From NCBI GenBank assembly GCA_965223905.1, contig CBDCXV010000010.1:1024001-1088000 (forward strand): a stretch of DNA of 64,000 bases, in the 5' to 3' direction. Under the pieces are notes generated by a model. That model was not told where the DNA came from. It did no database searches and worked only from the letters and a program-made list of their open reading frames with translations. Each line of letters starts with the position of its first letter. Position 1 is the stretch's first letter. Position numbers and translations under genes: made by a program. Below, in pieces: positions 28,501-37,539 of the stretch. Source of the DNA: Candidatus Latescibacterota bacterium (GTDB lineage Bacteria > Latescibacterota > UBA2968 > UBA8231).

Positions 28501-29053
28501 CCCAGCGCAGGGCCCCCATCTCACCGAGGTCCACCGTCTCCTTGGTGGTGCGCGCCTGGTAGGTGTTCTCCATCAGCAGGGTGACGTTGTCCTCGTAGTT
28601 CCGGGTGGCCCAGTCGCGGGCGAAACGCATTTCGAAATCCCTCGAAACCAGGCCCTTCTCGTCGTTCCACAGCAGCAGCACCTTGGCGAAGAAGCAGGCG
28701 CGGAAGGCGTCGAGGGCTTCGCGATACTTCCCTTCCTCGTACAGCTCGACGACCGCGGCCTTGCGCTTGTCGAGGCGCCGCGTAACCGGCAGGGGGCTGC
28801 TGCGCCGCTGCTCCCGGTCCCAGAGCGCGAACAGCCGGTGGGCGAGCTGCTCCGCCTGGTCGGGGGAGTGGCGCCGCGCGAACGCCTCCCTGCGCGCCCC
28901 GGCGTCCTCGGGAGGCGGCAGCCGCGTCACCGGGGCATCGAGATGAACCGTCATCATCTCGAGGTAGGTATTGCCGCCGGCGTTCGACGGTAGGGCGGCG
29001 ATTGCGGAGAGCGCGACAGCGAGCAGGAAGCGGCAGCGGAAGAATGGCGTCAT
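25571..29053 (-). CDS. Large secreted heparinase II/III-like protein with Fn3-associated and PA14-like domains
   Basis: Signal peptide; IMRSGWD, HHRVVQF, IRYTTDGSDPT, GLEYSYYE, FRYEGFFRAPEEGIYT. Confidence 0.65.
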   Translation of the reverse strand: MTPFFRCRFLLAVALSAIAALPSNAGGNTYLEMMTVHLDAPVTRLPPPEDAGARREAFARRHSPDQAEQLAHRLFALWDREQRRSSPLPVTRRLDKRKAAVVELYEEGKYREALDAFRACFFAKVLLLWNDEKGLVSRDFEMRFARDWATRNYEDNVTLLMENTYQARTTKETVDLGEMGALRWDWQPEGLQNPWYTPLVFEYFASEHNFRTLWWKFVDTGDRRYLDKYLEYYDDYTMNCRVQENLNPLNLDYGKQGHGNCEHFIHALSEIARVLPPGGEGFPSTTLARILVRQLTVLLPQSLYYNREQSGNHSCGAVHVQQFLSYFFYDFRIARLLENESRRQFEIYNALVDLPDGSMYGRMAGYSRHELTENSVYLDRIREADPEWLTPSRELEYEDRLAERVFWYLNLFEAGGEVLNGVSTDRRNAGFSTRVNLVARFQPRALMDPSLQAVAATILRNQTAPDWRGITWTDADNPLLKGGLFASGPPPYTSISFPYNHISIMRSGWDARQDQAGLFLHSSGRGLDGGLFLRAKNCNSLTLSAFDQTLLVQGIPYAYHYVRSPIQVDGQDQFARAGITGHGRKGEHQPGLAPLSPWRTHHSAAFDLAEGKYDGMYSDSPDHEPMLYHYDVNLQILAGALEGEISHHRVVQFAKEQGVWFLLDIMEADRAQSYRQQWWMPKLTEKDPEGYEKEWVSADPGRGMFHSHAGEKPNLSMYHAGPVLLETGEKQALSYNPVKTYTLQEEWYKGYRADRRPGGEFLHLAADWESGPGRSQLITVIHPRRQGQSEKELRVERSRSGRGVSVVLENGDRIDFVADGLESSLTVRKAGEETERGLVLGEAESYEFARDGHAEERFPILRAIGELAIGPDISAFAEEVTVTIACPDENVDIRYTTDGSDPTLASDLYTGGFTFSESVTLKARAFRNWLTEMPANRAGNTLTSRVYRAVYVRESPHEPLPDSLAAGLEPGLEYSYYEDKWPKLLFGAPLTEAAKTGTVASAFDTSPLSGREKQAFAFRYEGFFRAPEEGIYTLFAPEEFIRYAPLAGYDLDVRLGYENRWEGGSKAAVGPGSPLQQWYPGTRRHALGNWSIYLRKGYHPIEIYFADIRPGGYLEYMQFEYDGVNVPGLIERYWTGEVPELEIAGPEIERQPIMAELLYH

Positions 29054-29536
29054 GGCAGGGATTCCTGTGGTAACGGGAGGCTGTGCAGGGCCGTCGGGAA
29101 TCTCGAGGACCGCGTTTGGCGGTCGAAGTGACCGGGCGAAGGTACTGTAGAGGGAAACCGCCTTCGAGGCGATAACTCGCATCGCGCCGCGGGTGTGCGG
29201 TCCGCTGCTCTGTTCATCGGACAACCTCCGGCCATCTCACCGCGAACCTTCGCCAAGCCGGGCTTCCATGCCGACCGTAGACCTCTACGGAGCCTTTTTC
29301 GGCAGGCTTGACTGCTCCAAGGACCGCCGGCCTGTGCAGGCGCCACGATCGGCTGCTCATCGCCGATGGGGTGGCCGGTTCCCTGCTCTCCGCGACGGAA
29401 CGAACCTCTTCGCAGCCGCGGTTTCCGCAGGTACTGCGGTCCCATCGGTCCGCAAAACCAGCCCCATCCGGGTTTGACGGCTCGCCACGGTGCCCGATAT
29501 TTCACCATTCTGTCACACGCCGCGACACCCCCCTCC

Positions 29537-30970
29537 ATGGCCGTCACCTCGACCGAGTCATCCCCCAAGGCGATCTGTCTGCGCATCAACGAAAGCTCTC
29601 CGCGCGGGGGGCTTTTCGAGGGCGACCGGTCGAAGCTCCATCCCGACAGCAGGCTGCCGTGGCGTATCTCGCCGGAGCCGTTCTGGCTCACCCGCGGCCA
29701 GCACGAGTTTCTCGAGTCCCTCGGCCCCCAGCTCCTGAAGTTTCAGAAAGCCTGCAACCTGCTGTATCACCAGAGCGTCAAGGGGCTGCAGCCGTCCTGG
29801 CTGCACCGCTACCTCGACCGCGGCAAGCCGGAGCGCGTCGTCGACTTCGGCCGCATGAACCGTTCGCGAACGCAGCTGCCTGTCGTCATCCGCCCGGACC
29901 TCGTCCTCACTGCGGACGGGGTGCGCATAACCGAACTCGACTCCGTTCCCGGCGGAATCGGCTTCACCGGGCAGATCCACGCCCTCTACGCCGGGGAAGG
30001 GTACAATCTCATCGGCGGCCCCGACGGTCTGATCGAGGGATTCTACGAGGCGGTCGCGGCGATGTCGGAACGGGAGGATCCCACCATCGCCGTCGTCGTG
30101 TCGGACGAGTCGGAGGAGTACCGCGAGGAGATGTGCTTTCTCGCCGAGTTCCTGGAGCGCTCCGGCAGGCCGGTGTACTGCTGCCATCCGAGGGAGCTTT
30201 CCGTCGACGACGAGGGGCTGCTGCTCCCCCGTGACGGCGGCGACCGCCGCATCGACGTCATCTACCGGTTTTTCGAGCTGTTCGACCTGCCCAACATCCC
30301 CAAGGCCGAGTTGATCACCTATCACGGCAAGAAGAACGCCGTGCGCATCACTCCGCCCCTGAAGGCCTTCCTCGAAGAGAAGATGTGGATGGCCTTCCTC
30401 CACTATCCCGGCCTCGAGGGGTTCTGGACCCGCGAGCTCGGGGGCGGCGACCACGACACCCTGCGCGAGCTGGTTCCGCGCACCTGGATACTCGACCCGG
30501 CGCCGGTACCTCCGCACGCCTCCGTCTCCGGCATGCAGATCGGGGGCCGCCAGGTCGGCAGCTGGGAGGAGTTGAAGTCGCTGACGAAGAAGGAGCGCGA
30601 GCTGGTCGTGAAACCATCCGGGTTTTCCCCCGACGCCTACGGCAGCCGCGGCGTTTCCATCGGTCACGACCTGCCCGAGGAGGAGTGGTCGGCAGCGGTG
30701 GCCGCGGCGCTCGATCGTTTCGATACGAACCCGTGCATCCTGCAGGAGTTCCACAAGGGGGGGCGGCTCGAGGCGAGCTACTACGACTTCTCAGCCGGCG
30801 AGATCCGCCGCATGCACGGCCGCGTGCTGCTGCGCCCCTACTACTTCGTCACGGGCGTCGAGGAGACGAAGCTGGCCGGCATCCAGGCCCTGGTCTGTCC
30901 CGCCGACAAGAAGGTCCTGCACGGCATGGTCGACGCGGTGCTGGTGCCGTGCGCCGTGCGCGAGGGCTAG
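29537..30970 (+). CDS. ATP-grasp-like amide ligase (GSP-synthase/circularly permuted type)
   Basis: IRPDL, ITELDSVPGG, IDVIYRFF, EEK, LVVKPSG..GSRGV, ILQEF. Confidence 0.65.
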   Translation: MAVTSTESSPKAICLRINESSPRGGLFEGDRSKLHPDSRLPWRISPEPFWLTRGQHEFLESLGPQLLKFQKACNLLYHQSVKGLQPSWLHRYLDRGKPERVVDFGRMNRSRTQLPVVIRPDLVLTADGVRITELDSVPGGIGFTGQIHALYAGEGYNLIGGPDGLIEGFYEAVAAMSEREDPTIAVVVSDESEEYREEMCFLAEFLERSGRPVYCCHPRELSVDDEGLLLPRDGGDRRIDVIYRFFELFDLPNIPKAELITYHGKKNAVRITPPLKAFLEEKMWMAFLHYPGLEGFWTRELGGGDHDTLRELVPRTWILDPAPVPPHASVSGMQIGGRQVGSWEELKSLTKKERELVVKPSGFSPDAYGSRGVSIGHDLPEEEWSAAVAAALDRFDTNPCILQEFHKGGRLEASYYDFSAGEIRRMHGRVLLRPYYFVTGVEETKLAGIQALVCPADKKVLHGMVDAVLVPCAVREG

Positions 30971-31082
30971 CCGTGGAAGTCCACACGGGCCCGCATCGCC
31001 GCCGGTCGCATTGCCCGTCCGCGGCGGCAAGGCGACCTTTCACACCTTGCACAGCCACCGCCGACGATCGGCTGCTTCCGAC

Positions 31083-32153
31083 ATGATCGAGATAGAAAAC
31101 GCCCGCACCATCGAGCAGAAGCAGGAGGCGCTGGAAGCCGTTCTGCGGCCCCTCGGCCGGGTGCTGGTCGGCTATTCCGGCGGCGTCGACAGCGCCGTTC
31201 TCGCCGTCGCCGCGCACCGCGTCCTGGGCGAGAACGCCATCGCGGTGACCGCCGATTCCGAGAGCTACGCCAGCGGAGAGCTCGAGGCCGCCAGCGAGCT
31301 GATGCGCGACCTCGGCATCCGTCACGAGGTGGTGCGCACCGGCGAGCTGCAGAACCCCGACTACGCGAGCAACCCGGTCAACCGCTGCTACTTCTGCAAG
31401 CAGGAGCTCTTCATCCACATGCGGCGCATGGCCGCAGAGCTCGAGGCCGACGCCATTCTCTACGGGCAGAACAGGGACGACGTCGGCGACTTCCGCCCCG
31501 GCGCGCAGGCGGCCCGGGAGTACGGAGTGCGGGCCCCCCTGCAGGAGGCGGGCCTCGGCAAGCAGGACGTCCGCGACCTCGCCAGGGCCTGGGGGCTGCC
31601 GGTCTGGAACCGGCCGGCCATGGCCTGCCTTTCCTCCCGCTTTCCCTACGGCACCCCGGTAACCGCGGAGGGACTGCGCATGGTCGACCGCGCCGAGGCC
31701 TTTCTGCGCGGGCTCGGTTTCGAGCAGCTGCGGGTGCGCCACCACACCGACGTCGCCCGCATCGAGCTGCCCGCGGCCGACCTCGACCGGCTGCTCGCCG
31801 ACGCACAGCTGCGCGGCAGGATTCATGGTTCCCTCACCGGGATCGGCTACCGGTTCGCCGCGGCGGACCTGCGCGGCTTCCGCTCCGGCAGCCTCAACGA
31901 GGTGTTGAAGAAGAAGCCGAACGACCCCGCTGACGGAGAAGGCGGCCTGGCCGAAGCGGCGCAAACGGTCCTGGCGCAGGCCGGTATCGAGGCGGGGCAG
32001 GTTGAAGGACACCGAGAGGTCACCCTGGTGCGCGTGAGCGCTTCCGGGGCCGGTCGCTTCGCCGCGGAGAACACGCGCTCCGCCGTTGTCGAGCCGCTCG
32101 AGGCAGCCGGAGGCCGCTACGTCTCCGTCGACCTCGATCCCCTCCCCGAGTGA
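31083..32153 (+). CDS. larE: LarE-like PP-loop sulfur transferase with C-terminal extension
   Basis: YSGGVDS, NRCYFCK, DDVGDFRPG, ACLSSRFPYG, RVRHH, DLRGFRSGSLN. Confidence 0.85.
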   Translation: MIEIENARTIEQKQEALEAVLRPLGRVLVGYSGGVDSAVLAVAAHRVLGENAIAVTADSESYASGELEAASELMRDLGIRHEVVRTGELQNPDYASNPVNRCYFCKQELFIHMRRMAAELEADAILYGQNRDDVGDFRPGAQAAREYGVRAPLQEAGLGKQDVRDLARAWGLPVWNRPAMACLSSRFPYGTPVTAEGLRMVDRAEAFLRGLGFEQLRVRHHTDVARIELPAADLDRLLADAQLRGRIHGSLTGIGYRFAAADLRGFRSGSLNEVLKKKPNDPADGEGGLAEAAQTVLAQAGIEAGQVEGHREVTLVRVSASGAGRFAAENTRSAVVEPLEAAGGRYVSVDLDPLPE

Positions 32154-32686
32154 AGCGCGAGATCGTCAAGTTCGGCGCCAGGGTCCTGCGCCGCGCCGCG
32201 GCCCCGGTCGCCGCGGTCGACAGCGAGGTCGCCGGCCTCGTCGACGACCTGTTCGATACGCTTGCAGAAGCGGAAGGGGTCGGGCTGGCCGCCCCGCAGA
32301 TCGGGGTTTCGAGGCGCGTGATCGTCGTCGACGTCTCCGCGGTGGAGGCGGACAAGCCCCCCCTGGCGCTGATCAACCCCGCTATCGTGAAGGCCTCCGG
32401 CGAGGATGTCGCCGAGGAGGGATGCCTGAGCATACCGGAGCTCTACGGCGACGTTTCCCGGTACACCGAGGTCGAGATCGACAGCATCGACGTCAACGGC
32501 GAGCCTTACCGGTTCGCCGCCGAGGGGTTCTACGCGCGCGTGCTGCAACACGAGATTGACCACCTCGACGGCAAGCTGTTCATCGACTACCTGCCGGCGC
32601 TCAAACGCAACCTCCTGCGCGGGGCCCTGAAGCGGATCAGGAAGGAAGGGGAGGCGTGGGACCGGGAGCACGCGGCAGGCGGTTGA
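32150..32686 (+). CDS. def: Peptide deformylase
   Basis: GVGLAAPQIG, EGCLS, QHEIDHLDG. Confidence 0.97.
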   Translation: MKREIVKFGARVLRRAAAPVAAVDSEVAGLVDDLFDTLAEAEGVGLAAPQIGVSRRVIVVDVSAVEADKPPLALINPAIVKASGEDVAEEGCLSIPELYGDVSRYTEVEIDSIDVNGEPYRFAAEGFYARVLQHEIDHLDGKLFIDYLPALKRNLLRGALKRIRKEGEAWDREHAAGG

Positions 32687-32692
32687 GCGAAA

Positions 32693-32721
32693 TTGACAAC
32701 CTCCGACCCCTCCCGTAGGTT
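32693..32721 (+). promoter_or_regulatory. sigma70 promoter of tRNA-Asp
   Basis: TTGACA-17bp-TAGGTT. Confidence 0.7.
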
Positions 32722-32745
32722 TCGGAGGTCACGCAGGAATTTATC

Positions 32746-32824
32746 GGGATCGTAGTTCAGTTTGGTTTAGAACGCCGGCCTGTCACGCCGGAGGTCGCGG
32801 GTTCGAGTCCCGTCGATCCCGCCA
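32746..32824 (+). tRNA. tRNA-Asp(GTC)
   Basis: Acceptor gggatcg/cgatccc, anticodon arm ccggc-ctGTCac-gccgg, ggttcgagtcc T-arm, encoded CCA. Confidence 0.97.
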
Positions 32825-32830
32825 GTTTCG

Positions 32831-32862
32831 AGGAGGTCCTTTCAAGGGCCTCCTTTCTTTTT
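32831..32862 (+). terminator. Intrinsic terminator after tRNA-Asp
   Basis: aggaggtcct-ttca-agggcctcct followed by a T-run. Confidence 0.8.
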
Positions 32863-33289
32863 GTACCCAATGGGTCCACAGGCGGCCGCTGACCGCGGGT
32901 TCCTTCAGGAGCGAGGCGCTGTTCCCCAAGGGCCGAAAACGATTTCGGGCGGATTGACGCCTGGGCTGGCGGGATCAGAAGCAGTGCGGCCTGCCCAACT
33001 TTTCCTGCGGGCAAACCTGAGCGTCATCGGCGCCAAGGGCCGAATCGACCGGAGCGTGGACTACGACGAGGATTTTTTTCCCCGGGGTCCGCTCCTTTGT
33101 GCGGATGTTCCCCACCGGCAGGACCGACGACCATGGAAGGCATGCTGGTTCCGGTGGCCGTTCTGGAGGCGCTGAAATCCATCGGCACCGGGGGCAGGGT
33201 CAGGGTGTCCTCAGGAGACCGGCAGGTATAGCGTGCGCCAGGTAGTCCCTCGTTCCCCCAAACAAGGCAAGAATTCAGGCAGCTAAAAC

Positions 33290-34168
33290 ATGGAACTCAT
33301 CGCGGTGGCGCTGGCACTGGCGTCGGCGTTTCTTCACGCCCTGCGGAACCTCCTGGTAAAGCGGGCGATCGACAAGCAGATCTTCGCCTGGCTGGGACTT
33401 CTCGTCGGCCTGACTCTTTACCTTCCGGTCGCGGCGTACGTATCGATCGGCACCGAGGTCGACGTCGCCGCGGTCCTGTTCTACGGCACCCTCTCCGGTG
33501 TCATCCACTTCTTCTACGTCATCTTCTACACCAAGGCGTACGAAGGGGGCGACTTTTCCCAGGTCTACCCCGTCATGCGCTCGGCCCCGGCGCTCGTCCT
33601 GCTGGTCGCCATCCTCTTCCTCGGGGAATACGTCTCCTGGCGGGGAGGGATCGGCATCGCCCTGGTGGTGCTGGGAGCGTACTCGATCAACTTGAAGGGG
33701 GTCGGTCCTGCTGCCTTCATCGAGCCCGTTGCTGCGCACTGGAAGGAGAGACACCTGCAGCTGGCGGTTCTGACGATGCTGACCGTCGCCGCCTATTCCA
33801 TCGTCGACAAGCTCGCAGTGGCCTTGATCCACCCGGTGCTTTTCCTCTGGAGCTACACCCTGGTCACGGTCCTGATGCTGGGCGGGTACCTTGCCCTCAC
33901 CAGGGACAGCAGCGCCATCCGGAACGAGTGGCGCGAGAACCGGCGGGCCGTGCTTCTCAACGGCGTTTTCGGGCTGACCAGCTACGTGCTCATCCTCTAC
34001 GCCTTTCAGCTGGAACGGGTCAGCTACATCGTCGGCCTCAGGCAGATCAGCGTCGTGATGGCCGTGGTCATGGGCGGGCAGCTGCTCGGCGAGGGATTCC
34101 AGGGCATCCGCCTGACGGCGTCGATCGTCATCTTCGCCGGCGCCATGCTGATCGCCACGGCGCAGTAA
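33290..34168 (+). CDS. DMT/EamA family transporter
   Basis: About 10 TM helices; GDFSQVYPVMRS, AYSIVDK, LRQISV. Confidence 0.9.
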   Translation: MELIAVALALASAFLHALRNLLVKRAIDKQIFAWLGLLVGLTLYLPVAAYVSIGTEVDVAAVLFYGTLSGVIHFFYVIFYTKAYEGGDFSQVYPVMRSAPALVLLVAILFLGEYVSWRGGIGIALVVLGAYSINLKGVGPAAFIEPVAAHWKERHLQLAVLTMLTVAAYSIVDKLAVALIHPVLFLWSYTLVTVLMLGGYLALTRDSSAIRNEWRENRRAVLLNGVFGLTSYVLILYAFQLERVSYIVGLRQISVVMAVVMGGQLLGEGFQGIRLTASIVIFAGAMLIATAQ

Positions 34169-34216
34169 CGCTCATCCGTTGATGCCCCGGTAACCCATCC
34201 CCTTTATCTGCCAGCG

Positions 34217-35629
34217 ATGCCGGCTCCGATGGAAATGCGATTCGACAAACCCTCCGCGACGCTTGTTCTCGACGTGGGCAAGACCAACGTCAAGCTCCTG
34301 GCGATGGCCAAGGGCGGGGAGATTCTCGCGGTGGAGCGGCTCGAAAACCGCAGTATCGACGGTCCGCCCTATCCCCACCTCGACACCGAAAAGGTCTGGA
34401 GCTGGCTGTTGCAGGCCGCGGCCGGGTTCTCGGCGAGCTACGAGATCGACGCCATCGTGCCGACGACCCACGGCTGCACCGCCGCCCTCATGGGAGGGGA
34501 CCGGCTCGCCCTGCCCATACTCGACTACGAGGCCGAGCCGCCGCAGGAGACCGCCGAGGCCTTCGCCGTGGCCGCTCCCGCGTTCGCCGAGACCTGCTGC
34601 CCGACCCTGCCGGCGGGGATGAACCTCGGCCGCCAGCTGTTCTGGCTGCAGGGCGATTTCCCACGGGAGTTCGCCCGCGCCGACCGCGTCCTCGCCTACC
34701 CGCAGTACTGGTCCTGGCGGCTGTCCGGGGTTTCGGCGAGCGAGCTGACCTCTATCGGCTGCCACGGCCACCTGTGGAATCCCCGGGAGCGGCGCTATTC
34801 CTCCCTCGTGCAGCGGCAGGGATGGGAGAGGCTGTTTCCCCCCATCCGGCCGGCGCACGCCTCCCTGGGGCCGATTCGCCCCGGGATCGCGCGGCGCACC
34901 GGATTGCCGGCGCACTGCCGCGTCCACTGCGGCATCCACGACAGCAACGCCGCCTACAGCCTGTACCTGCGCGGCCATCCCCGGCCCTTCAGCCTGGTCT
35001 CGACCGGAACCTGGGTGGTGATGTTCAGCCCGCGCCTGCCCCTGGACAGGCTGGACGAAGAGCGCGACACCCTCGCCTTCGTCGACCTGATGGGGCGCCC
35101 GGTGCCGGCGGCCCGCTACATGGGGGGCCGCGAGTTCGAGATCCTGAGCGCCGCGGCCGGGAGCAGGTCCTGCACCGAGGCCCACCTGCGCAGGGTGCTC
35201 GCCGGGGGGAGCTTTCTGCTGCCCTCGTTCGCGCCGGGGGGCCCGTTCATGGGGCGCGCCGGTACGACCTCGGGACCGGAGCCGCAGACGGACGGCGAGA
35301 TCATCGCGCGGGCGACCCTGTACGCGGCGCTGATGACGGCGACCAGCCTGGGCATTCTGGAGGCGGACGGAGACCTCGTCATCGACGGCGGCTTCGTCAA
35401 CAACGAGCTCTACTGCCGCCTGCTCGCCGCCCTGGCAGGCTGCGAAAGCTGCTTCGCCAACCACCAGACCGAGGGCACCGCGGTCGGCGCCGGCATGCTC
35501 GCTGTCTGGGAGGAGGAAACCGCGGCGTGGCCGTTGAGCTTGGTCCGCGTCGACCCCTTCGACGATCCCGCCCTCGGGCCGTACGCCGGGCGCTGGAACA
35601 CCCTTCTCGGGGAGTCCGCACCCCCCTGA
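34217..35629 (+). CDS. FGGY-family sugar kinase (rhamnulokinase/fuculokinase-like)
   Basis: LDVGKTNVK, TTHG, GIHDSNA, STGTW, RYMGGRE; start codon uncertain. Confidence 0.85.
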   Translation: MPAPMEMRFDKPSATLVLDVGKTNVKLLAMAKGGEILAVERLENRSIDGPPYPHLDTEKVWSWLLQAAAGFSASYEIDAIVPTTHGCTAALMGGDRLALPILDYEAEPPQETAEAFAVAAPAFAETCCPTLPAGMNLGRQLFWLQGDFPREFARADRVLAYPQYWSWRLSGVSASELTSIGCHGHLWNPRERRYSSLVQRQGWERLFPPIRPAHASLGPIRPGIARRTGLPAHCRVHCGIHDSNAAYSLYLRGHPRPFSLVSTGTWVVMFSPRLPLDRLDEERDTLAFVDLMGRPVPAARYMGGREFEILSAAAGSRSCTEAHLRRVLAGGSFLLPSFAPGGPFMGRAGTTSGPEPQTDGEIIARATLYAALMTATSLGILEADGDLVIDGGFVNNELYCRLLAALAGCESCFANHQTEGTAVGAGMLAVWEEETAAWPLSLVRVDPFDDPALGPYAGRWNTLLGESAPP

Positions 35630-36090
35630 TAGCAAACCGCCGGCCATCGCGGAGCCCCCCCGGGGAATTACACGAATGACAACCGGGCCGTGCTGCGGGT
35701 TTGCCGGGTGCGTCCCTCGCTGCGGAAAGGGTCGCGGGTGTCGAGGCCGGGTTTGGAAAGGCCGGACCTGCGGCAGGGCCGTCAGCGGCGTGGGAGAGAG
35801 CCGAGAATCGACCGGGAGCAGCCAGGCGGTCCAGTTCGTTGCGGAGTCCGCCCGTAGTCTGCGGGTGAGAGTGTTGCGGGGGCTGCTATGAGGGCGAATT
35901 GCATCGCAGCCGACCCCCAGGCGCGGAGCCGGGCCTCGGTGGCCGAGGGTGTGGCGGATTTTGCGGCGCGCCAACAGGGCGGAGGTCCGGCCTGCCGGTG
36001 TGAAAGGGGTGGCTGCTGTATGTCGGTGGCTTGCGCCGGACTGCGGAAGGCCGCTCCGCCGGAGGACGGGGTTGCGGAAATGCGGGGAAG

Positions 36091-36354
36091 CTATCTCCGC
36101 CGGCCGCGGCGGCGAAACCCCCTCTTGCCGCCAGGCTTATGCGCTTCCGCCACCTCGATTTCGAAGCCGAGCAGGTTCTGGCCGTTGAGACCGGAGATGG
36201 CCTCCTTGCCCGCGGATTTGCTCGGCATCTCGACGAAAGCCCGTCCCTGGGTCTTGCGGATCTCCACCGAGGAAACGCGGCCGAAAATCTCGAAGAGGGT
36301 GCGCAGGTCCTCTTCGTGCGCCTCGGAGGCGAGGTTGTTGACGGTTATCCGCAT
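36091..36354 (-). CDS. Single-RRM RNA-binding protein
   Basis: RNP2-like ITVNNL, RNP1-like GRAFVEM, AISGLNG, Arg/Gly tail. Confidence 0.85.
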   Translation of the reverse strand: MRITVNNLASEAHEEDLRTLFEIFGRVSSVEIRKTQGRAFVEMPSKSAGKEAISGLNGQNLLGFEIEVAEAHKPGGKRGFRRRGRRR

Positions 36355-36583
36355 CAGGATTGCCTGCAGGGGAAGCGGGTGGGGGGGGTGGAGGTGCGTG
36401 AAGGCGCCAATATAGCCACGGCCCCGGTTTACCGCCAAACCGGGGCCCCGGCGAGTCCGGGCTATCGGGCGCCCCGCAGGACTGCTACGAGTGGGCCTGA
36501 ATCTTCGAGTTCCGGGAGAGGAGCCGGACCGCCAGGCGGCCTGGGGAAACCAGGTACCGGAACGCCTCCGGAGGGGTGGATAC

Positions 36584-36612
36584 AAAAAAGCCCCGGGTGG
36601 CATCGGGGCTTT
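36584..36612 (-). terminator. Intrinsic terminator-like hairpin
   Basis: Minus strand aaagccccgatgccacccggggctttttt. Confidence 0.7.
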
Positions 36613-36647
36613 CAAATCGTGGAATCCAATGTACTGCCGAAGCCTGC

Positions 36648-36716
36648 ACAATGTCAAGAAAAAAATGCGTAACTCGTTGTAGTTTAACATGTTATGAATT
36701 TTTTTATTGACATTGT
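36648..36716. promoter_or_regulatory. 26-bp inverted repeat forming back-to-back TTGACA promoters
   Basis: Arms 36648-36673 and 36691-36716 match at 23/26. Confidence 0.65.
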
Positions 36717-36786
36717 TACACCTTCCCCGGTAGCGTAGTCCCGTCCGCAGGAAACGTTGTCCGCCAGCCAGGAGGGAATCGCCGGC

Positions 36787-37539
36787 ATGGAGAATCCGGA
36801 TCGGGAAACCCTTGCAGTCCGCGAAGGCCGGGTTGTGGTCGGCGATTGGTCAGCCGACGTCGGCGAGGTTGTCGCCGTGTCGGCGCGGCTGCGCCGACTG
36901 CTCGGCGACGGCCGCCTCTCGCAGGCGCGGAAGATGCTGAGGTCGCTCTCCCGGGAGGAGTTGGTCGCCGTGGTGGCGGTGGACGCCGAACCGGAGGAGA
37001 TCCTGTCGCTGACGGCGATGGATGAAGAGGGCCGCCCCGGGTACCTGGCCGAAGTGGTGGACAGACTGCCCTCCTCCCTGCTGACCGAGCTGCTGGTTCC
37101 CCGCGACGCCAAATGGGACCGATTCAATACCGGGCTGCTCGCGTCGATGTCGGAAACGACCTTCCGGCGAACGGTGGCCGACACCCTGGATCCGGTCTAC
37201 TTCCACGGCCATCGCGGCGCCGTATCCTGGGAATGGCTCGAGATCGTCGCCGCCCTGCCGGACGTCGACCGGATCGCCTCTCTGCTCGACTTCGTGGACG
37301 AGGAGGTCCTCGAGGACGCGCTGCTTCCCCACATCGACCGCTTTGCCATGAACGAAGCGGTCTTCCCCGGATTTCCCGCTTTCAGAACCGTTTCCGAATC
37401 GGGCGGGGGTCTGATGCTGCCGGCGATGGACGACCCCGAAAAAGAAGAGGTGATTCACGCTCTCCACGCCGCGGCGCCGGAGCTGCTGGCCCGCGTCATC
37501 CGCAACGCCTGGGAACGGGCCGGGGGGATGCAGCCGTGA
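36787..37539 (+). CDS. Hypothetical helical protein (possibly DUF6178 N-terminal-like)
   Basis: RBS ggaggga, GC3-biased ORF, GTGA overlap with the next gene. Confidence 0.65.
   Translation: MENPDRETLAVREGRVVVGDWSADVGEVVAVSARLRRLLGDGRLSQARKMLRSLSREELVAVVAVDAEPEEILSLTAMDEEGRPGYLAEVVDRLPSSLLTELLVPRDAKWDRFNTGLLASMSETTFRRTVADTLDPVYFHGHRGAVSWEWLEIVAALPDVDRIASLLDFVDEEVLEDALLPHIDRFAMNEAVFPGFPAFRTVSESGGGLMLPAMDDPEKEEVIHALHAAAPELLARVIRNAWERAGGMQP

Noticed and set aside
32746-32824. tRNA-Asp as the attachment site of an island within the window
   Set aside because: No substantial duplicate of its 3' end was found; the att-like sequence at 61623 does not match it.
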